From Selaginella moellendorffii (lineage: Eukaryota; Plantae; Lycopodiophyta): a DNA stretch of 64,000 nucleotides. Both the position numbers and the translations under genes were made by a program. This document shows positions 36,701-49,810 of the stretch, piece by piece. The stretch spans positions 940,236 through 1,004,235 of the forward strand of contig NW_003314321.1 in assembly GCF_000143415.4 (NCBI RefSeq). Reading direction: 5' to 3'. Position 1 is the stretch's first letter, and the number at the start of each line of letters is the position of its first letter. The notes beneath the pieces are model-generated. The model did not search any database. It worked only from the letters and a program-made list of their open reading frames with translations, and had not been told where the DNA came from.

Positions 36701-39598
36701 CACATCCATCATTATTTGGGTCACCACACTTTAACTGCATGCCTTCCAACTTAAGCTATGCCATTCCCATTTCCATTAGGATAGGTTCTCATGAACCCGC
36801 TAACTTGACCTCAAGGCATCACACATTAGCACATTTTGTGTCTCCACACCATCAACTCTACAAGCTTACCCTTACGAAACTTCTCACTTATGTCTAGGTC
36901 TTTGCCCAGACAAAAGCAGTTGTTTCTCATACTAACTATCAATTAGCATTACACTATAGTATTTACACATAACTTTACGCTAAAGTTGTTTTTTTCCGGG
37001 AACACCTTTTTTAGGACTTTAATATGGCACATTTTGCCATCAATGAGATACTCACTATTCTCATATTTAGATCTTATGATCCTCTTTATCTTTCATGGGT
37101 ACAATACACCTCAGTCCAAATGCTTCTACCAATTCCTTAGAACCATTCCTTGACTCCACTTGAGTTATCGTGCATGATTGGAGTTCGTTAATGATATCAA
37201 CATTGAAGCCATATAACAAAAGTAGTGTGGGATTAAACTTCCAGACAAAGAAATATATTCATGTCCTATTCATAAGGAACATCTTTGCAAATGTTACATT
37301 GACATTTGATTATTCTTTGTTTTATATGATGAGAATACCGACTCATCGTTTATGTACACCCTCAACTCCTTGGGTTGTTCCAACATTTATAAAAGGTAGC
37401 TCTGGCTACCATTTCAAGGATTCATGTCCTCATCCGTATTTGATCTCCTATAGTTATTAATTTTAGTCTCAAATTCATGAGCACTAACCTTAACTATATG
37501 AGGATAATTTTGTGACTCATTTATTGTTTTGGAGTCTCTATCTTTCCCATGATCACAACTATAGTTATTTATCATAACTACATTAATCAATTTGCTAAAT
37601 CAAATGCTCATCTGAATCACATCCTCAACTCTTCCCACCATCCGTCTTTGGGTGCCCTAGCTAGGTGGCTAAAGCAAGGTTCCAATAAGCCATGCTAGGT
37701 ATCCAAGTAAGAAGTGCCACCCACACTTTGACTAAGAGTATTGACCATTCGATCTCCTAAAGGAGCTAAAACTAGCTTTTGAACACTTCACCAAGTTACC
37801 CCACTTGTCTGTCTATATTCACTTTAGCCTTGGACTTCCTAATGGTTATATTATCACTCAACAGCCTTCCTTAGTCACATTGGTCTTTCTTGGCCAAATT
37901 GGCTGCACTAGAGTCTAACCCCCACACTTTCCGTACTATACTTTTGGAACCTCTTATGACCCAACCCTATCACTTTAGGCTTTCACCCAATAGTCTGTAT
38001 TAGTATTCAGACTCGGTTTGGTCTTGATTTTGACCTCAAACTCCACCTCGGATTCATCTCGGACTCCATCTCAAATCCACCTCGAACTCCATCTTAGGTC
38101 CATCTTAGACTCCATCTTGGATCCATCTTGAACTCCATCTTGGACTCTATCTTAGGGCCATTTCGAACTCCATCTCAGGTCTATCTTGGATTCCATCTCA
38201 AATTCCATCTTGGACTCCATCTCGAACTTTATCTTGGGTCCATCTCAGACTCCATCTCAGGTCCATCTCGGACTCTATCTAAAAAGTTAATGAGCATATT
38301 GTATGGTTGAGATCAACTACTCCAAAATTGTATAAATATTTTCTTAGAAAAGAGTCAAATTGGAAATTTAAGTGTATTTCAGTATGATTAGGAACTTATT
38401 TTGATGTGGTGCTTATCTAGAGACCCATGACAATTAGCTCTTAAAGATTACTATAAAGGGAACATATTGAAACTAATAGTCTATTATTTTAAAAAGTTTA
38501 CAATCCACAATCCATAAAATATTTCATGAATTAGGCATCTGAAGACTACTTAATAAGATCAAACTGAATCACAATTATAACATCTTGCTCTACACTCCCA
38601 TTGTTCTAATATGTTGTTGGATGATTAACAACTAAAGTGTTTATACAATACCCCCATCTTGGCAAGCACTGCTGGTACATTTTCATATTATAGAGATATT
38701 TACAGCAAGAATATTAGAGCTTTATAGTGGCCTTTCTTTGTTGAAATGAATTCATTCAGTGTGATTACCTTCATCACATTATATAAAGTGAAGTCTTTAC
38801 CAAGAAAAAGTGGTGTTTTATTCCTAGCTTCCAAGATTTATTTGGGTTTGTAGTTATCCTTTGACTACTTCAATCAAACAAAGTCTCTATTAGAACCAAA
38901 GCCAAGAGGCTCTTTGCTGTGCAAATTTCACTATGTTGACCCAAGTGAGAATTTAGTGAGTTATGAAAGAGATAAATAAGAAATTAATTGACAAAATTGC
39001 TTAGGGATGCCTTGTTGCCAATGGCTGATTGTGAGCTATAAAAAAAACTCTCCAAAAACTCACTCAGAGTATAATTGCACTAACATTCACAATCTCCTCA
39101 CTACTCACTAAAATAATTCTAAGAACATTTTTAAACACTGTTAAACACTTTAGAAAGGCCAATTTAACCTCTCACCCTCCTTTTTATAGCTAACTCTTCC
39201 ATTGATTTCCTCTAAATCTTTACTATCCTTTAATGTAGATTCTCCTCCCACGACTCTTAAGGAATATCCATGCATCTCTATGTCACCTTAATCAAACATT
39301 CCAAATTCAAGTATTCCAAGTTCCTTCTACATCACACCTAAGTAGTTTGAGCCTCTAATCCAGATGCATCTATAGCTAGACCTTCATTCCCTATATGATC
39401 AATCAAACAACCATCTTTCAGGGATAATCCTGGCAAACTACTCTATATCAGTGGTTCTCAACGTCTCTAACAACATGCTCTCAAGTGAGATTGACAACTG
39501 CTCCTCGCTGGATATTGTCTAACTGATACATTAGAATCTCTTGGCACTTGTGTGCAGATCCCGGGCACATGGGTCGACTCAATGGAAAGGTCACCTAC

Positions 39599-39811
39599 TC
39601 ACCAGGAGAAGAAGTTTCGTTGGCAGAGGGAGTGGAAGACGAGGAAGGAGTCCTGGATGCTGGAGCATCGCCCGAATGTGTCAATGAGGAGGTTGGAGAC
39701 GTAGACGCCATGGGCACATCTTGTCAAGTCAGTGGAGACAATGTGGCGGTGGAATTCTCGTGCCTCAGCGACGCTCTTGCATTCCCTGATGAGCTCCACC
39801 AGTGCCTTCAT
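39599..39811 (-). pseudogene. PLS-class PPR gene N-terminal fragment
   Basis: VYVSNLLIDTFGRCSSIQDSFLVFHSLCQRNFFSW followed by a stop. Confidence 0.8.
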
Positions 39812-40745
39812 TCATCACGCCATAGTCTTTCATTTCATCTTTCCGTCTATTAGATATTTACTCTGGTTCATGCCCTGCTCTAGCGGGGCTGCTTATGGGG
39901 ATCGGTCCAGATGTAAGGAGCAAGTATTGCAGGACTACAAGCTCCTATTCAAGCATTGAGATCATATTTCGAGGTAAAGTATTGTGTCCGCTCTTATGTA
40001 TGCTGACATAATTCATGTGGCAGCAACAGGATAATGACTGCTAGAAGCCAAGGCAACAACAAAGATGATAGTGGACTTTACTGGGAGTGCTTTTGCAGAA
40101 GCCACGCTGCTAAGAGCGCCACCTTTTGGAGCTAAGAAGCTCGAGGACCCCTGCACAACTCGTTCTTCTTCTAGTGGAGCGAGACAGGTTGAGGTAAAGT
40201 TATCCTTTGTTTGGCTTTGCTACTTTCGACTCTCAGATTTTCTTTTCTTTGCTTGTTCTGAGTCGGGCTCCAAATTATTGGCACTGTTTCTTCGAACAAT
40301 GCCAAATCCGCCAAGGATGGAATTTTGCGGAGGGCTGTGGGTGGCAAGAGCCGCCAACTCGACAGGTTAGACCCGAATGAGAGCTCCGGGTGGATGGATG
40401 AACGCGACTCGACGTCCTTGCAATCGCAGTTGGGAGATTCTTCCTCGGCAGCGTCATGGCAGGGAGGTATCCAATCGCCAAAGTGTGGTGACCTCTTCCG
40501 AGAGGATCCGGGCGATCGACAACATCCAGTCGTGGGCTGGATCGAGAAGCTGGACGCGGAGAATCACTACTACACGTACGAGGTGGAGGAACATTGGGCT
40601 GGAGGTACTCCAATTTCGACGCAACACGCGTAAGAATCTCATTGGTCCAGCGAGCACTGTTAGAATACTGGCAATGCGATCAATGTCTTTTTGTAGCCCT
40701 AAATGTTATATATGTTTGGGATTTGACGGTGCTAGGGCAGGGCAA

Positions 40746-41888
40746 ATGGCGGAGCTCCGGCAGAGCGTCCAGCCGCGATGGGTGATCGTCTCCTCTGCTC
40801 GCGGCAATCGGCCACATGATGTTTCCTCCGATCACAGCGGCAGCGATGGCGGTAATCACAGTGGCGGCAATCACAGTTGCCCGTTTTGCAGGAATCACGA
40901 GCACGAGACAGGGGACGAGACGTTTGCGTTCCGGGAGAGCGACGTGGTGAGCGCGCCGGATTGGAGCGTCCGCGTCGTCTACAACAAATTCCCTGCTGTG
41001 GATTCTTCGCTGTCGCCGACGTGCACGATCGATGAGGATTGTCATCGTAGCCGGCGCTCTGGATTTGGATCGCATGAGGTGGTCGTGGAGACGCCGGAGC
41101 ATGGAATCCAATTCGCGGAGCTTCCGATCGACCAGGTAGAGCGAGTGCTCAAGGCGTTCCGGCACCGGCTCAAGGATCTCAGGAATGACAAGCGATTCCA
41201 ATGCGTCCAGGTGACTGGCTTCTTCCATGGCTGGATTGGTTTGACCGATCGCATGGCTTTCCAGGTTTTCAAGAACAATGGCAAAGAAGCTGGTGCGTCG
41301 CTGCGTCACTCCCATAGCCAAATCATCGCATTGCCTATGGTACCTCAAGAACTAATGTGGCAAGTTAAAAACTCCAAAGAGTTCTTCGAACGTAAGGGAC
41401 GCTGTCTCCTTTGCGAGTCCGTGAAAGCCGATCTTCGAGATCGCTCAAGGTTGATCGATCAGTCATCAGGCTTCGTTTCAGTGGCGCCCTTTGAAGCTCG
41501 CTTCCCGTTCGAGACGTGGATTATTCCCATCAACCATAGTTCCAACTTTGAGGAGACGAGTGATTCCGAGGTGATGATTCTTCTTTCTTTCTTTTGGTTT
41601 ACTCTCCACTAACGCATGCATTCTCGTTTATAGATCGGGGATTTGGCGAGATTACTTCATCTAACATTGAAAAAAATAGTGCAGCAATTTCCAGGCGCTG
41701 CATACAACTACGTGCTTTACAACAATCCTTTCTGCGAGGAAACCAACACGGAGTATTTCCACTGGTACATTGCAATCCTCCCTCGACTGGGAGTGCTGGG
41801 GGGCTTTGAGCTTGCCACTGGTTGGACCATCAACACGGTGGCTCCTGAGAAAGCCGCTCAAACTTTGAGGGAGTGCGTCCTCAAATGA
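40746..41888 (+). CDS. GALT-like ADP-glucose phosphorylase (HIT superfamily)
   Basis: [33 protein letters not shown], active-site [18 protein letters not shown]. Introns 41211-41264 and 41571-41633. Confidence 0.95.
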
Positions 41889-42988
41889 TCTGGTATTCAT
41901 TGTTAAGAGCTTCTCGCTAGAACTAACAGCTGGTGATTCTTCGTTTCAGGCGCGCATTTTTCTTATCATTCAAGCTTATGCTTGACAATTTTTCTCTTGT
42001 CAAAAAGTTTTCATTTACGGATTGCAAGAGAGGTAAATAAATCAATCGAACAGTTATTGTAGATGCGTGACCGCTGAGTTTCTTCTCGGATGCATTTGCT
42101 GCTGGTTCCAGATTCTTACAGGTACGTGACTTTCATGCTCACTGTGCTGGTGAGTTCTAGCATTTTCGCATTGAATAATGAAGAGCTTGCTCGCTTGCTC
42201 TCTCCGATCGTTCCTTCTCTGGAGCTTTGCTTTTATGGTTTCTCACAATCCTCGTGTACATGGTTTTATATTTGTAAAACTTGCAGGGACAAGCTTACAA
42301 TGACAATGGGCGATTCTATGAACTATCTGGTAAGATTTACATTGAAGAACGTGGACGATTTATTTCTCTGACGATTTGCTTTTCTCTTCCATTTGACAGG
42401 GAACGAACGAGAACGAAAGCCACCATAGCTGAGTCCTCGTGTTGGTAGCGACATGAGAATCCATCCATGGTTTTCATAAAAGATCATTAAATTGGCACAA
42501 CGATGTGTGCGTTTTGTCGCGTGGATGGAGAGGGGAAAAATGGCCGTTGGAGGGACAGCCGTGCACGAACGGACAGGATGACTTGCGGCACTGCGACCAT
42601 TGGATTAATTTGGTGATTACCCCTTAATTCCAGACGCTGCTTAGGACAGAGTTAATGTGAACGAATTTACCGTTTTACCCTGCCAGCGTGGCACACCCCT
42701 GGGGAAAGTTTGCAGGGTTCACACAAACTGGGCTATGGCGGAAGCATTTAAACGCGACGCACTGGTGCGCGTTTGCGTGACCGATCACGACCGCCTTTTA
42801 ATCCGCCCTCGATGCTGTGGCCTCCATTCTCTCGATTCTAGGCATTTCCTTTCTCCTCCATCTCTTCCTCCTCCATTCTCCTCTTGCTGGATCATCCGCC
42901 GTGTCGATCGTTGCATGCGCGCGGCCTCGCGATGCTTCTTTCGATCCGATCCACGCGCGGCAGTGATATTTCGATCGATCGGCGAGGG

Positions 42989-45305
42989 ATGAGAGCTTCG
43001 GCGATGGCGCTACTGCTGGCGCTCCTCGGATTCTTGCTGGTCGCCGGCGATGGCCAGATGCTCTACAAGGATTCTCGCCAGAGCATTGAGGCGCGGATCA
43101 AAGATCTCCTAAGGAGGATGACGCTCGAGGAAAAGATCGGGCAAATGACGCAGATTGAGAGGGCGGTGGCGAGCCAGGCCGTGGTCAGGCAATACGGCAT
43201 AGGTGAGTGAGTGTCCTCAATCGATCGATCGATTGAGAATGCGATAGCTTCTTGGAAGAATCGCGTGTGATCATCTAAAATCTCCAATGGCTGCTGTGTG
43301 ATAGGGAGCGTGTTGAATGGGGGAGGCAGTGCTCCGGCGGAGAGGGCAGCTCCCAATGTATGGGAGGACATGGTCGATGACTATCAGATTGGAGCTATGA
43401 GCACTCGCCTTGGAATTCCAGTCATCTATGGCGTCGACGCAGTGCATGGTCACAACAATGTCTATGGAGCTACCATTTATCCTCACAACATTGGCCTCGG
43501 TTCTTCCAGGTACTTACTCATTCTTTCTCCATCCATCTTTTTCCTTCCTTTTTGGTATGAAAAGTTTTTGGGACTTTTTCTCAGGGATCCTGAGCTGGTG
43601 CGGAGAATCGGAGCTGCGACTGCGCTGGAAGTGCGAGCGACTGGAATGCCTTACGCCTTTGCTCCCTGCATTGCTGTTTGCCGTGATCCGAGATGGGGGC
43701 GATGCTACGAGAGCTATGGTGAAGATACGCAGCTCGTGAGAAGCATGACGAAGATCATCCAGGGCTTGCAAGGCTCTCCACCACCTAGTCATCCGTCTGG
43801 CTATCCTTACGTTGGAGGACCGTAAGTTAGATCACATTTTCTCTATCCGTGACTACATGACCATTTCTTTGCTTGTTTCAGATCCAAAGTTGTTGCCTGT
43901 GCCAAGCATTTCGTGGGTGATGGAGGGACAGTGAAGGGAATTGATGAGAACAACACAGTGACCACTTATAGGCAGCTCGTTCAAGTTCATATGGGTCCTT
44001 ATCTTGATGCAATCGCCATGGGTGTTTCAACCATCATGATTTCGTACTCCAGCTTCAATGGCATCAAGATGCACGCTAATCGTTTCCTGGTTACCGAAGT
44101 ATTGAAAAATCGTCTCGGGTTTCAGGTAAGCGGCTCTTTGATTCCGTCACGACTTGCTAATAAACTATACACACTTTCCTGTCTGTTTCTGCAGGGATTC
44201 CTGATATCTGACTGGGAAGCCATTGATAGAATCACCGATCCACCCAAGCAAAACTACACGTACTCTGTCTTGACTTCGGTCAATGCAGGTATCGACATGG
44301 TAAGCAATTAGCATTTGGACTTTTTTGTGCGTGTCAGTGTCACTAAATTTCGCTTTCACGACGCAGATCATGGTTCCGTTCGATTACCAAAACTTCATCA
44401 ACATCCTCACTGGACTCGTAAAATCCGGAGCCGTCAGCCAGAGCAGGATAGACGACGCCGTGACCAGGATCCTCAGAGTCAAATTTGCTGCTGGACTGTT
44501 CGAAGCGCCGAAGGCAAATAGGAAGCTCAACAACAAAGTCGGCGCAGAGGACCACCGAGAGCTAGCCAGGGAAGCCGTGAGAAAGTCACTCGTGCTCTTG
44601 AAAAACTCAGCCAGGAGTGGATCTAGCAAGAACATCCTGCCACTCAGCAAGACGGCGCCCAAGATTCTAGTGGCTGGAACACACGCTGATGACTTGGGAC
44701 TTCAGTGTGGAGGATGGACAATCACCTGGCAAGGTGGCAGTGGACAAACAACAATCGGTGAGTAGCAGTTCTCCTACTTCAAACTCTCGTTTGTTCTTGG
44801 CTAACTCTGATCTTGCAAAATGCCAGGAACTACGATTCGCCAAGCAATTGCCAACACCGTGAGCCAATCCACGCAAGTTGTCTACGAGCAGTCCCCAGAC
44901 GCCAACTTCGTCAAGGACAAAGGCTTCTCGTACGCGGTGGTGGTGATCGGCGAGCAGCCTTACGCCGAGATAGCCGGCGACAATCTCAACTTGACAATCC
45001 CCAGCCAAGGCATCGACACCATCCGGAACGTGTGCTCGTCCCTGCGCTGCGCGGTGGTGCTCATCTCCGGTCGGCCGCTGGTGCTGGAGCCTCACATCGA
45101 TATGATGGACGCGCTGGTGGCGGCGTGGCTTCCAGGTTCCGAGGGCCAAGGCGTGGCCGACGTGCTTTTCGGTGACCACGACTTCGTGGGGAAATCGTCC
45201 AGGACGTGGTTCAAGCGCGTGGATCAACTTCCCATGAATGTGGGAGACATGGGCTATGATCCTCTCTTCCCGTACGGTTTTGGCATGACAATGCGGCAGC
45301 AGTAA
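42989..45305 (+). CDS. GH3 beta-glucosidase / beta-D-glucan exohydrolase, secreted
   Basis: Signal peptide; [39 protein letters not shown], nucleophile [19 protein letters not shown]. Short GT-AG introns. Confidence 0.97.
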
Positions 45306-45607
45306 GTTCTCTTTTCTTTGTTTCCGTACAGATTAGTTCTATAGATTCTTTTGCGAGGATCACAAAGATTTTTATCTGATAATACATAGAGGGGAATGTT
45401 TATAACTTCCATTCCATTCTTCCATTGAGGATTGTAAGAGATCTCTTCATCGTTGTTTTGCAGAAGTTTATCACAATGATAATATAGAGTTACCATTCTT
45501 AATTAGTTCGTTTCAGTTCTCTAGGTAAGACCAAAGATAATATTGAGAGGGAATGCTTATGATCATTCCATTCTTATTGACGAGCAACCAAGGAGCTCTT
45601 GGCTGTG

Positions 45608-48600
45608 TCAAGAATCGGGCTTCACCATCTTCACGTTCTTGTAGAGGCGGCGGAGATCGTTCATGGCTCTCTCTTCGATCTGGATGCAGCGAATGCTGGA
45701 CGGACTGCTCGTGTCGGGCTTGTACCAGCAGCTGGGATGCTCGGACGAGAGATCGCTACTGCTAGCGGCAGCATCTCTGCCGAACGAAGAAGCGGCGAAT
45801 CCAACCACTGGCGGGCTTCCAACTTGGTGGCTTCTAAACGATGCTCGCTGCTCCTTGTGCTTGGCCTGGAGAAAAAAAAAAAGAAAAAAGAAAAGAAACA
45901 CGATCAATAAAGCACCACCACCTCGGGACAAGACTTTTACCTCTTGCTTTTGGATGTCTCTCAGCGATGGAAACGCGCCAGGCGATGAGCTTCCGGTCCA
46001 CGGTGCGGCTTTCGGGGGTGTGAAGCTCATCGCTGGAGCTGGCGGCGATCGAACAAACTGCTGTAGAGGAATGCGCTGGTGTCCCGGTGCCGCTGCCTCG
46101 CGAGGGGAGCTCTCCGGAGGCTTGCGTTGCATCGCCACTGACTTGTTGTTAGCACTGGTGTTGCTTGACTCGGCCTTCTGCTCGGTTTGAATCTCGGAGA
46201 GAGACGCAGCTCCTTTGCCGCGCTTGAGAGCACCACCACCCCAAGCTGGGCCATCTGTTTTCGCAACGAGTGGAACCGGCGGCGGTGGCGGCGGAATGGT
46301 TTCCGGAGCTTTGTCCAGAGCACCCGTTAGAAAGAGGGAGAGGCCACCTTTCTTACACTTCGTCTTGGCTTTCTTAACGGTTGCTTTGGAGCGACCATCG
46401 TCAGCTTTAGAAACTTCCGTTTTAAGGTCGGAGCCACTGGTCACTTCTGCAGAAGGAGACGGGAGTCTGAATCCTAGAACCTTGGATTCCATCTCTGCGA
46501 CGCTGTCCTCTTTAAAATCAGTCGCCACCTGTGAAAGAAAGATCAATAATCTGAGATGAAAGCATGATATGAGACTAGCTTACCTCTTCCACCTTGTCAG
46601 GAACCTGGACTTCAGTTTTCTTGCTGTTAGTTTTCTTGCTCTTGCGACGCTGGCGTTTCGAGCGTTCGTCAGTCAGCTGGTTTTGCTTCTTGGAGCTGGT
46701 CTCGGGAAAAACTTCTCCACTGGTCTCAGGCTCTTGCGTTTCCAAGATCCTGAGAGACTCCAAAATTGATTTCTTGGTGCTAAGCTTGGTCATTTGTTGG
46801 TCATCCAGGCTCTGTCCCTTGGAGAGCTTCATCTCCAGCAACTCAATCTGCTGGAGCTTCTTGCGCATCGCACGTAGTTGCTTGGTAGCTCTATCTCCTG
46901 CGCTGTCTTCCTGAAGGAATCCTGCACCGGGCGGCGTTGGAAACAACTGGTCTTTGAGAATTCTTGGATTCGCGAAGGAGTCGGCGTCGTCTTCTTCGCT
47001 GTCCACGATAGCAGGTGTTGTCGCGCTGGGAACTGGGAGCTGTCGATGACTCCATGGTTGTAAAGAACAGGCATCCCAGGACTTTTCCAAGTCGGCTAGA
47101 ACTGATGACCTCGTTGTACCAAAGCTCGCGCCAAAGAATGCAAATATGTAGTCCAGATTACGCAATATGAGGCTCTGAAGAAAAAAGAAAAACAGATTAT
47201 TACTATGAGAAAGTTGAGCAGTCAGCACACACATACCTCGCAGTAGCGTTTCAGCTCATCAGCACCGAGCGCATCTGCAAACTCCAGGATTTGCAATGCG
47301 TTCCTCGGTTCGACGATTGTCGTTGCTATCACCTTTTGACATAAGTCCCTCAAAGAGGGAAGACGATCCTCTGGATCCCTCGGTGGCGTGACAACGAGCT
47401 CGTCATCACCGTTGTCGTCAGTAGCAGTTTCATTTGGAACCAGAGGTTCCGAGTCCGATTGATAAGCAGGCACGTAGATCTCTGTCACAGCTAGTGAATG
47501 CGTTTCACCTACAGCCAGAAGTGTGGCGCGTTTGATCCCATGTATGCGCAGCGGAGCTGGACTGGAGGATTTATCACTGTCCCACGCATAAACGTCTCCA
47601 GTAGAAGTTGCTACTGCCGTTCTATATTTTCCCGCAGACACGGACACCGCATGATGTCCAGTCATAGTCAGCACCTGGCATAAAAGAAGAACAGCTAGTA
47701 TAAACATCATAGGAACAATAGAACAAACGAAGATTACCTGCTGTGCATGTAGTTGTGGATCAGCAGACAACCACGAAAAAATCAAGCCATCCGCAGCGAT
47801 CGCTGTACTGTGCACCACACCCGCCGCTACAGCGACGATATGCAGGCGTTCGGATAAGTGGAACTTCAGTGGGTGTTGTCCCGCCTTCTTTGTATTTCTC
47901 ACTAACACCACGCGCCTGGGTGACACCATTTTGTGGCCCCATGTAAACACCTGCATAATAACTTGTGTAAGGTCGATCATGCGTGGAGAATCAGCTACTT
48001 ACCTCGGTCTCTACGATCACAACAGTGTGACGTTTTGCAGCGGAGATGGCCAAGGCTTTCCTTCCTTTCAAATAGTCCACTACGCGTGGTACGCAGTTCG
48101 AAGCGGAATTTGAAGTTCCGTATCCCAGCTGGCCGTCTTTGTTGCATCCCCAAGTGTAAACCTCTCCGGACTCGGTAACAGCGGCGCTGTGTTTGTTCGC
48201 CGCTGCAACTTCCACTACTTTGGCTCTCAAAGTAGATACACGCCTTGGAGTAGATTGAGTGTCTACAGCAGGATAACCAAGCTGTCCTTCTGTAAAGACA
48301 ATATGTGAGAATGGATAGGGGATGGAAAAATGCTTCGCACCTCTGTTTGTACCCCATGTATAAACTTCACCACCCTCCGTCGCTACGATGGTATGGTGCT
48401 TGGCAGCTGCAACGTTTTTAACCCGTCGTCCGCATAAGCCAGTAACTTGACGAGGTGCTATAACTGCAACTTCTCCACTGCCAGAAGGAACCGAAATGGT
48501 TTACACGAAATAAGTTCTGCATTGCAAACCTGTAGTCCTCGTGTCCCAGGCGTCCTCCCCTTCCATATCCCCAGGAAAATAGCTGGCCGCTTGAATTAAC

Positions 48601-49315
48601 TGCTGTGCTATGGAATTTTGCAGCTGAAACTCGGACGATATCAGCACCGTGAAGAGTCTCAACTCGACATGGTACGCGTTGAATGCCTGCTGTGCCTGTC
48701 CCGAGTTGATAGTTTGAGCCATTCCCCCAGCTGAAAAGCTCCTTCAAGACAACTCCTGCAGGACAAAAAGCAAAAAACTTAGTAACTTAAGATGATGGTG
48801 CGAAACCTCAGCTCACCTCTGCAAGATGGAGCAACAGCCTGTTTGACAGGACCAGAAACCAAGTCGACTGGAAGTCGACCTTTCGAATCATCCAAGGACA
48901 CAGAAGCGCCACCGTCAACAAGCGCACCGGCAACGGCAAGGTGACCAAAATGTAGAGCCCTGTGCAAGCTTCCCCAGCCGGATTCTCCATCCTAAAATTT
49001 GCGAACATGAGAAGAAGTGAGAAATCGAAAGGCAAAAAAAGAACTTCAATAACGTACCCGAGCGTTAGGATCAGCTCCAGCAGCCAAAAGCCTCTTCACG
49101 ATCGGAACGTGATTCCTCCAGGTTGCGATATGCATGGCGGTCGAGCCAAACCTGTCCCGAGCATCGACGCTACCATTAATCTTCTTGAGAGCAGAGAGAG
49201 CGGTCTCCACATCATGCACTGTTCCATTTCGAGCAGCAGCGAATAAGTCCCGGCTCGCAGAATTCGCCAAAGCATGCCGACCAGCAACCTGCTTTCCACT
49301 TGACTTGGCCTCCAT
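45608..49315 (-). CDS. Ankyrin-repeat + RCC1-repeat protein (IBTK-like plant family)
   Basis: Ankyrin motifs TAMHIATWRNH and HRALHFGH; RCC1 motifs FSWGNGSNYQLG, WGYGRGGRLGH, YTWGCNKDGQLG; C-terminal SLRDIQ and IQIEERAM. Multi-exon. Confidence 0.93.
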
Positions 49316-49810
49316 CGTTACCAAGTCCAAAACTTTTCACGTTTTTCTAGCCTGTACCTGTACCCCTGAGCTACAATCCACTACCGAATTCCATCCTCAT
49401 CATATTCTTTTCCCAGGTAGAAGGTGAGCACCAAAAGCCAGTGGCAAATCCCCATGGTTGTCCTCCCGGCAAAAACTATGTTCCTGAGCCTGAAGTTGTT
49501 CTTACCAAGTCTTAGCAGCAGAAGCATTAGTAGGATCGAAAGGGAGGGAACCACTCCATGCCAGAAGCGCGAGAGCGGTGTTGCCTGGAAAGAAGATCGC
49601 CAAGATCATGCCAAATTCATCAGATGATGGTAACAGTACCTGAGGCGATGGCGCTGACACGGCTGCGCCCTAAGAACCCAAAACGCAACTTCCCTCCGCC
49701 CACCCTTCCACGTTTGCCTGCCACTCGAAAGTCGACAGTGGATATCCACGAATTCCACCAGGGTATCTTCTTGAGGGGCATTTTTAAAGTAAAACTCCCC
49801 GAGCATATAA

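Larger units (their letters stand above)
32061..38280 (-). mobile_element. Degenerate LTR element of the GAGATGGAGTCC-repeat family
   Basis: Complete LTR 32061-33862 (TG...CA). PPT-like TGGGTGGTGGAAT is adjacent on the minus strand. C/T-rich non-coding interior to ~37620, then a partial second LTR at 37625-38280. Confidence 0.75.

Noticed and set aside
40377-40745. N-terminal extension of the 411-aa ORF as part of the GALT-like protein
   Set aside because: Family homology starts at MAELR (40746). The extension has no recognisable features, although a transit peptide is not excluded.
49606-49806. 66-aa ORF as the last exon of the coiled-coil gene
   Set aside because: The spliced frame stops at TAG 49811-49813. 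The region is more likely UTR or promoter of the ankyrin/RCC1 gene.
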